From Eledone cirrhosa (taxonomy: Eukaryota): a stretch of 64,000 nt of DNA. The first letter of the stretch is position 1; each line of letters opens with the position of its first letter. Position numbers and translations under genes: made by a program. The stretch is taken from contig OZ024751.1 of the NCBI GenBank assembly GCA_964016885.1, forward strand, positions 29,450,001 to 29,514,000. Direction: 5' to 3'. Below the pieces are notes generated by a model that saw only the letters and a program-made list of their open reading frames with translations, was not told the origin of the DNA and did not search any database. Below, piece by piece: positions 55,295-64,000 of the stretch.

Positions 55295-55524
55295 TTAACC
55301 CTTTAGCATTTACATTATTTTATATTTATTATTGTATATTCATGGTAAAGGCTTTATCTCACATAATTATATCACATAATCTCGAGTCTACGAGATTTTG
55401 ATGATGTTATTGTTTATTTCAAGATCAATATCTTAACATCAGTCTGAGCTGCTGGTTACAGCCGGTTTCAAAAAGAGGGAAGAATTCTGGTCAGATACAG
55501 ATGGTTTAAAAGCTAAAGGGTTAA
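55295..55524 (+). mobile_element. piggyBac-like MITE, full length
   Basis: TTAA-CCCTTTAGC...GCTAAAGGG-TTAA. Confidence 0.88.
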
Positions 55525-55775
55525 CCCATGTTATTCAGAGCTGTGTGTTTGTGAAGTGATAAACACGAGTATATATAATAATTTGGTTGCAGTTATTTGG
55601 ATCTTATATATTGTTATAATGAAAGTTATTGATATCAAATATGTTAATAAAATAAATACATTCAAGTAGATATATATATATGTATTATTTAGCAGAGCCA
55701 ATAATAGTAATGTAAAGCAGTTTCTTAAGATTTACCTTAACAATTTTATCCCATCTAGAGCTATGCCTAAGTGTG

Positions 55776-55833
<58 letters not shown>

Positions 55834-56065
55834 GTTTAACGTCCATGTTCCACGCTTGCATGGGTTTGGACGGGAGTTTTCCCACTTGAGGCAAGAGTGG
55901 TTGTCTTGCTCGCATAGGACTGTCTGGCAGGTTTTCTACAGCTGGATGCCCTTCCTAACACCAACCACATTTACAGTGTGGGGCTGGGAGGTTTTTACCG
56001 TGTTGCCTACACGGCCACATTACAGCGTGGACTGTGTGTTTTTTTGTCGTGACACCTACACGACC
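55776..56065 (-). mobile_element. SINE B-related 3' portion with expanded (ATG)n tail
   Basis: (CAT)n then CGTTTAACGTCC...CTGGATGCCCTTCCTAACACCAAC. Confidence 0.8.
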
Positions 56066-56084
56066 TCATTTGTTTCGGCCTGGA

Positions 56085-56160
<76 letters not shown>

Positions 56161-56371
56161 AGCTGGCTCAGTAGATTCATGGTGTACTGAGGAGGGTACC
56201 AAAATCAGCACTCTATGCTAGGGCAGACTGTATATATGAGATTTTGGCTCTGCCTGATTAATAAGTCTGAAGAGTATTTAGATCCTGAGTGAATCACCTG
56301 TGCAATGGTTGTAACTATGTATAATCAATAAAGACCTTAATGTGAAACCTCACTTTGTTTTCAATATATAT

Positions 56372-56405
<34 letters not shown>

Positions 56406-56561
56406 TTATGTGTTATAAGTTAAACAATTAAAGTCTATCTCGAGCCTGGGCACTCATCAGTCAGGTGTTTGTCCCATTTTTGTTGACATTAAGTGACTGA
56501 GAGTAAAAGACTTTGCCCTGGACAGGATGCCAGTCCATCACAGGGTCAACTCCCCAGTTTA

Positions 56562-56728
56562 TGTAAATGTTGACCAATGTTGGAAGGGGGAAATAAGGTG
56601 GAAGTAAATGTAGACCCATGGTGGAAGAGGGAAATAAGTTAGAAGTAAATGTTGACCCATGGTGGAACGGGGAAATAAGGTAGAAGTAAATGTAGACCCA
56701 TGGTGGAAGGTGGAAGTAAATGTAGACG
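56562..56728. repeat. 41-bp minisatellite, ~4 copies
   Basis: GAAGTAAATGT(A/T)GACCCATGGTGGAA at 56601, 56642, 56683. Confidence 0.88.
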
Positions 56729-56864
56729 CAAAGCAGTTTGGATGGGGGGGGGGGGGGGTTACTCGAAAAGAAATGTTGCTAAACGAAAGAATCCATTTTT
56801 TTTTAAACGAAAAAATAACAACACATTTTTTTTTAATTTGCTAACGAGAAAATAATAAATAAAT

Positions 56865-56907
<43 letters not shown>

Positions 56908-57188
56908 AAATACATTTATATGTATGTATATATATATATATATATATATAATAGATAAATTGAAAAGGGAAATGCAAGGGAAAATTAAATGCTTTATTTT
57001 CTAAATAAATTAATATTGTCTTTGTAATGCTTTATTATTTGTTTTTTTGTTTGTTATTTTTTCTTATATATTTGGAGAAGCAAATTGTTGCAATTATGTA
57101 AGTGTGTATGTGTTTATGTATGTGTATAAGGGTGTAATTTATATATAAAATCATTACACATATGCATGTACATGCTACTATATATATA

Positions 57189-57229
<41 letters not shown>

Positions 57230-57664
57230 ACATATCCATACATATATACTAATACATTTACTCCTTATACATGTAATAGTGTGTGTGTGTGTGCATGTAA
57301 ATGTGCAAGTATGCATGTAAATGTGCAAGTATGTATGTGAATGTGCAAGTGTGTATGTGAATGAGCAAGTGTGCATGTGAATGTGCAAGTCTGTACGTGA
57401 ATGTACAAGTGTGTATGTGAATGTGCAATCGTAGATGTGAATATGCACATGCGCGTGTGCATGTGAATGTGTGTATAAGCTATAAAACTCCAGCTGTTTG
57501 TATGTTTGTTTAGATAAAACAGAATAAGTTAACACAAAGCTTTACATATGTTGTATAGTTTATAGTTGTACAAATTCATATTTTTTGATTTTTTTAACAA
57601 TTTTCATATATTTGCATAGATTTATATTATCATCATCATCTTAATTATTAATATTATACTTTAT

Positions 57665-57833
57665 GGCATATAGTTACGTCCCTTTACGATCTGAGTTCAA
57701 ATCCTTCTGAGGTTAACTTTGCCTTTCATCCTTAAGGGTTGATAAAATAAAGTACCAGTAATACACTGGGGTCAATCTAATTAAGTTTTCCCCTCCCCCA
57801 AAATTGTTGGCTTTATGCCTAAATCAGAAACCA
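57665..57833 (+). mobile_element. SINE family A, 5'-truncated
   Basis: GAGTTCAAATCC...GCCTTTCATCCTT...AAAGTACCAGT. Confidence 0.85.
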
Positions 57834-57869
57834 TTATTAGAATCATCATCATCATCATCATCATTATCT

Positions 57870-58625
57870 ATGGTTGTTGCTGCTGCTGCTGTTAATGCTG
57901 TTATTGTTGATGTTGTTGTCGCTGCTGCTGTTGATGAAGGTGTTGTTGATGTTGCTGTTGTTGTTATTGTTGATGTTATTGCTGTTGTTGATGTCGCTGT
58001 TGATGTTGTTGTTGTTGTTGTTGTTGCTGCTGTTGATGCTGTTGCTCTAGTTGTCGCTACTGCTCTTGTTATTATTGATGTTGTTGTTGCTGCTTATGTT
58101 GATGCTCTTGTTATTATTGATGTTGTTGTTGCTGCTTATGTTGATGCTCTTGTTATTATTGATGTTGTTGTTGTTGTTGCTGCTGTTGATGCTGTTGCTC
58201 TAGTTGTCGCTGCTGCTGTTGTTATTATTGATGTTGTTGTTGCTGCTGTTGTTATTATTGATGTTGTTGTTGATGCTGTTGTTGTTGTTGCTGCTGCTGC
58301 TGTTGATGCTGTTGCTCTAGTTGTTGCTACTGCTGTTGTTATTATTGATGTTGTTGTTGCTGCTGTTGTTATTATTGATGTTGTTGTTGATGCTGTTGTT
58401 GTTGTTGCTGCTGCTGTTGATGCTGTTGCTCTAGTTGTTGCTGTGCTGTTGTTATTATTGATGTTGTTGTTGCTGCTGTTGTTATTATTGATGTTGTTGC
58501 TGCTGCTGCTGTTGTTGTTATTATTGGTGTTATTCAGTTGCTCTGTTGCTGCTGATGTTGTTATGGCTGCTGTCGATGTTGCTGTTGCTGTTGCTATTAC
58601 TGCTACCGTTGCTGCTGTTATTTAG
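57870..58625. repeat. GTT/GCT/GAT trinucleotide-derived minisatellite
   Basis: Direct inspection; explains the V/A/D ORF. Confidence 0.92.
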
Positions 58626-58906
58626 TTGTTCTGTTGCCATTCTTCAATAGAAACTAAAACTGTGGAAACAATAGTGTAAGAAAATTGGAATGTAGAATAC
58701 AAGTTTCCAGTTGATGGCAGGAAATTACCACATATTGTTTCTGGTGTGGAGAGCAAAGCAAATTTAAAAGTGAAGCAAGCTACACACACACATATATATA
58801 TATATATATATGTGTTAATATGTATATGTATGCATGTACATATATATAGATATATATATGTTTATATATATATATATGTTTATATATATATATATATATA
58901 TGCATG

Positions 58907-58943
<37 letters not shown>

Positions 58944-59073
58944 GTATGTTTGTGTGTGTGTTATGTAATTATGTTTGTGTATGTACATTTGTGAATGTAT
59001 GTATGTATATATATATATGTATGTGTGTGTGTGTGTGTGTTATATGAATATGTTTGTATGTGTGCATTTGTGC

Positions 59074-59113
<40 letters not shown>

Positions 59114-59781
59114 TTGTGTAAATATATATAAGAAACGACAAGAAAAACAAACAGCAACATTATCAACAATATTAACAACAGCAATGACAACAACAACAAC
59201 AACAACAATAACAATAATAAAAACAAAGCCAAAACATTAAAAAAATGACAAAAAAACCTTGGCTAGCAGTAGTAAAGAAAGTTATGTGAGAAGCAAGCAT
59301 CTGGGGATATATCCATAGACAATAGAAAGGAGAACTAAGAGTAGCCTGCAGTTTCTAGACATACCCCAGCCCTACCTACCTTTCTTTCTTGTTTTTTTTT
59401 TGGGGGGGGGGGGGCTTTTTATTTTGTTTTTATTTTATTTTTGTTTTTAGTATTTTTATTTTACACAACAAAAAAAAAATGTTTTTCTTATTTAGTCTTC
59501 CTCCTCCACTTCTATTTTCTCTCCACCCCCCTCCATATTTTTCACTCTTGCCATCTCTGTGACTCCTCTTGCCTCGTCTTTCTCCTCTTGCCCTCTCTCT
59601 TTCTGCCCTTGCCCTTTCTCTTTCTCCCTTCCCCCTCCCTCCTACCCTCTCCCCCTCCTTCCCTCTCTCCACCCCTCCAGCCCTCTAGTGACATCCATTC
59701 AGTTCATGATTGTTGTATTATTATTATTAATTTAATATTTACATGATTAAAATATTAACTAATGATAATAATAAATAAATA

Positions 59782-59958
59782 ATTGTTTCTACTTTTGGCA
59801 CAAGGCCAGCAAATTACCCAGTGTATTACTGGTACTTTATTTTATCGACATAATAAGGATGAAAGGCAAAGTTAACCTCGACCGGATTTGAACTCAGACT
59901 GTAAAGGGACGTAACTATGCTGGAAAGCATGGCGTCCGACTCTCTACCGATACTGCCA
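59782..59958 (-). mobile_element. SINE family A
   Basis: Near full-length family A sequence. Confidence 0.9.
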
Positions 59959-59966
59959 AATCAAAT

Positions 59967-60025
<59 letters not shown>

Positions 60026-60224
60026 AATAATAAGATTTTGAATCTAGAATTTTAAAAAAATAATACTTATATAAATAAATTAGAATTTTTATATTTTATT
60101 TGGTATATATTATTTTAACATTTAACTCAACTAGAAAAGGAAAAAAAAGCCAATATATTTTTTTCTTTCTCAATTTAGGCGAAGTAAAGTATGTTTCATT
60201 AATGTTTTTCTATTGCTGTTACTA

Positions 60225-60608
60225 TCTGTCAGTCAAAACATCTGGTAGATGTGCCACTATGTATATAATATCTGTCAGTCATAACATCTGGTAGGTCTGT
60301 TGCTATCTAGATACCATTCGTCAGTCATAACATCTGGTAGGTCTGTCGCTATGTAGATACCATTGGTCAGTCATAACATCTGGTAGGTCTGTCGCTATGT
60401 AGATACCATTGGTCAGTCATAACATCTGGTAGGTCTGTCGCTATGTAGATACCATTGGTCAGTCATAACATCTGGTAGGTCTGTCGCTATGTAGATAGTA
60501 TCTGTCAGTCACATCTGATAAGTGTCTCTCTATGTAGATACCAATGGTCAGTCACAACATCTGGCAGATGTCTCACTATGTAGATAGTATCTGTCAGTCA
60601 CAACATCT
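60225..60608. repeat. 46-bp minisatellite, ~8 copies
   Basis: Unit GTCAGTCATAACATCTGGTAGGTCTGTCGCTATGTAGATACCATTG. Confidence 0.93.
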
Positions 60609-60731
60609 GGGCTGCTCCTGCTACCTTCACTTCCTGTTTGGGCTGCTCCTGCTATCTTCACTTCCTGTTTGGGCTGCTCCTGCTATCTTCACTTCCTGTT
60701 TGGGCTGCTCCTGCTAGTTTCCCTTCCTGTT
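60609..60731. repeat. 31-bp minisatellite, 4 copies
   Basis: Unit GGGCTGCTCCTGCTATCTTCACTTCCTGTTT, directly abutting the 46-bp array. Confidence 0.93.
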
Positions 60732-61191
60732 AATTCTTTTTTTTTATCACCTGTGACAATAGAAGTTGCAGGACAGGATTTTACACTTATGAAAGTCTAA
60801 CTTCCTTATACGTTATAATAGTTAAGGTATTTTAACATTTAATTATCTATTGTTTGTTATAGTCAACCTCAGTTATAAACCCCAATATTTTAACTGTTCT
60901 TGTCTTTGTCTTTTCTATTCCTTTTTTATTATCAAAGGACTACAGTTCTGTTTTTTTTTTTGTTCTCTTTCATCGTACTTCATCCTGGTGGTTATTTCAT
61001 AGCCATAGGGTCCCATGAGGCAAGTAGTGCTATTGTTTAAAGTGCTGAAACTGTGTTTAACCCTTGTACAATAGCTGATGACTGGTGGGATGTACTGACT
61101 GTCTGCTGTACTCTTTGTTTACATTGTGTAATGGTGCATTTTGGGGGCATACACCACCCACATATATTAATATATATATAAGACACATATA

Positions 61192-61524
61192 TCATCATCA
61201 TTTTTACGTCCGCTTTTCCCTGCTTGCAAGGGTGGGACGGGAACTGATTCTGGCTTGATTTCTACAGCTGGATGCCCTTCCTAACACCAACCTCATTTAC
61301 AGTGAGTGCTGGCTGCTTTTTATCCATGGCACCCTCACGACCACTTTGCAGTGGAATGATATGGACCCCAGTCCCTATCATCTCATTTCTACAGCTGAGT
61401 AAACTGGAGCAATGTGAAATAAAGTGTCTTGCTCAAGGAAACAACACATCACCCGGTCTGAGAATTGAACTCACAACCTTTCGATTGCAAGGCCAATGCT
61501 CTAACCACTAAGCCATGTGCCTCC
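61192..61524 (-). mobile_element. SINE family B, full length
   Basis: Reverse complement of the 25347-25686 copy. Confidence 0.93.
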
Positions 61525-61609
61525 ATATATATATATATACATCTATACATATACACACCTATACATATATATATATATACATATATACATATACACACCT
61601 ATACATATG

Positions 61610-61666
<57 letters not shown>

Positions 61667-61983
61667 ATAGATATATATATACACAGGTATACATTTAAAC
61701 ATTGATGTATATTTCCTTCTGGTCATCGTGTTGTCTGTCATCCTTTATACATTCCCGCCTTTTTATTTAGTTTCTTTTTTCTTGTTATCTTCATTATTCT
61801 GTCTTTAATAGAGTGTTAAAAGGACCTTTATGCCTCATTTTACTTCCATGTACATCCACATATCTGCTTCTCTCCCATCTCTCTCTCTCTCTCTATTTAT
61901 ATATATGTGTATATATTTATATATATGTGTATATATTTATATATATGTGTATATATTTATATATGTGTATATATATATATATA

Positions 61984-62014
<31 letters not shown>

Positions 62015-62035
62015 GTGTGTGTATATATATATATA

Positions 62036-62066
<31 letters not shown>

Positions 62067-62572
62067 GTGTGTATATTTATATATATATATATATATGTGT
62101 GTATATTTATATATATATGTGTGTGTATATTTATATATATATATGTGTGTGTATATTTATATATATATATATGTGTATATATATATATATGTCTGTGTAT
62201 ATTTATATATATATATATGTGCATATATATATATATGTGTGTGTGTATATTTTTATATATATGTGTATATATATATATATATATATGTGTGTGTATATAT
62301 TTATATATATGTGTATATATATATATGTGTGTATATATTTATATATATATATATATATACAGGGTGTCCCCAAAAATGTACACATTCTTCAACAGCATTC
62401 TAATAAATATTGCCTGTACAGGTAATCAAAGTATATACAGACACATATATATTGATATTTACAGACGCACACACACACACATTTATATATAGGCCACATA
62501 CAAAGTATATATATCTTTCTTTATGTATATATATATACAGACATATATATGAGATATTTACAAACACACAGG

Positions 62573-62632
<60 letters not shown>

Positions 62633-62751
62633 GCATTGTACGTGGCCAATCTGCTCGTGTTGTACTTACATTCAAGATTTTTATATTCAGTAGATTTCAC
62701 CTATTCTCTGTTTTTCTGCCAGATATTTTTTCTTTCTTTTGTAATAATTAT

Positions 62752-62792
<41 letters not shown>

Positions 62793-63293
62793 CGTGTGTA
62801 TGTGTGTTTTGTTTCTGTTTTGTTTGTTTTTTTGCTACTCAAAACTGTAGAATCATGGATTCATGGATATTCTCTAATTCTTTCTTATTTCACTCCTGAT
62901 TCTGTTATCTCCTGTGTTATTCCAGTTCCAACTTGTCTCTAATACTGTCTTAATAATTTTACTTTGGTTTGTTTTATTTTCTTCATCAAAAGTTTGGAAC
63001 CAAATTCAAACTGACAGCTTTTCAAACGAGAAATATTCTCTTTCTTAGGTTTTAATTCTTTTCTTTTTCATTTTATTTTATTTTATTTTATTTTATTTTG
63101 TTTTATCTCATTCAAAGAGTTAGTTTATTTATTTATTTATTGGTAAATCTGGCAGCAACAAAGGTTTGAGTGGAGTCATTGGAACAGAACAAAATAAAAT
63201 AAGGTTGGCAGATAAAGAAGGTCCACAGGATTAACTGTTGAGAAAGGATTCTGACTTCAGCTTGTTGCCTTTGTCCCTCTGTTGTTCTTCCAG

Positions 63294-63314
63294 AAAGATC
63301 TATTTAATATGAGT
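63294..63314 (+). CDS. Candidate 21-nt frame-preserving micro-exon (KDLFNMS)
   Basis: Branch-point-like TTCTGAC (63249), polypyrimidine tract TTGCCTTTGTCCCTCTGTTGTTCTTCCAG, donor GTGAGT; only phase 0 is open. Confidence 0.3.
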
Positions 63315-64000
63315 GTGAGTGTTCGTAGAGGAAACTGCAATATTGTTTTTCTTTTCTTTTCTTTTATTCTCTTTGACCTCCATATTAAGTATTATATGTA
63401 GATTGAAATGTGTTTCTATAAATATTACGGAATTTAGTTTCGGTAGTGGTGGTGTGGTTTAAAGGAACTGGTAAATATATGAAGTAGAAATAAATAATAA
63501 TAAGTTATATTTTGGGGAGAAGAAATTACAAAAGATCGGAAAATAAAGGGAGGTAAGAAATTTTAAACAAATTAGATTAATGGTGAAGGTGAATTTAAAA
63601 TACAAAACTTTGGGAATGTATAAGTAAAAGGAAGGGAAAATGTAAGTAAAAATATTTTTTGTGAAAGGATGTGTTCCTGCTTTGCTTGGCAAAATTCTGA
63701 TAGACCTAGCTTGAAGTCGAAATAATCCGGAATCTGAATATGTGTGTATGTATATGTGTATGTTGCGTGTTTACTGTGTTTGTGTGTGTGCACTTTGTGT
63801 ATATGCTCTGGGTGTACTATTTGTGTATGTATGTGTGTACTGTGCATGTATGTGTGTACGTATACTGTGTGTACTGTGTGTAGATGTACTCTGTGTGTAT
63901 ATTGTTATGAGTTTCTGCTACTTAAGGTCAGCCTTCACAACCTCATCCCATATCTTCCTGCATTTGCCTCTTCATGAGTTCCATCCACTAAGATTTTTCT

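Noticed and set aside
56422-56470. Minus-strand CTGATGA-GTGCCCAGGCTC-GAGA motif
   Set aside because: GAAA and U16.1 missing; stems weak

Overview
AT-rich animal non-coding DNA. The SINE and LINE families resemble those of octopod cephalopods (inferred from recall, not a database search). The window is dominated by (TA)n/(CA)n/(GA)n microsatellites, minisatellites, two tRNA-derived SINE families and piggyBac-like TTAA MITEs. It also holds a decayed RTE-clade LINE (APE endonuclease, RT, PHD finger; 35.1-37.6 kb) and several LINE 3' fragments. Almost all ORF-track entries are microsatellite translations. No host gene is identifiable; there are only three weak micro-exon candidates. The main hidden signal is a set of type I hammerhead-ribozyme (HHR) motifs in short elements embedded in (TA)n. 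Three unrelated sequences carry a canonical core with a palindromic or near-palindromic stem III (30.1, 45.6, 50.6 kb); two of these are duplicated as long inverted repeats. A repeated family and an unrelated element carry a non-canonical CAGAnGA core. A decayed Penelope-like RT fragment, whose GLYRDDGL motif is amplified into a 51-bp minisatellite, supports a Penelope-like origin. Ribozyme folds were assigned by eye and activity is untested.
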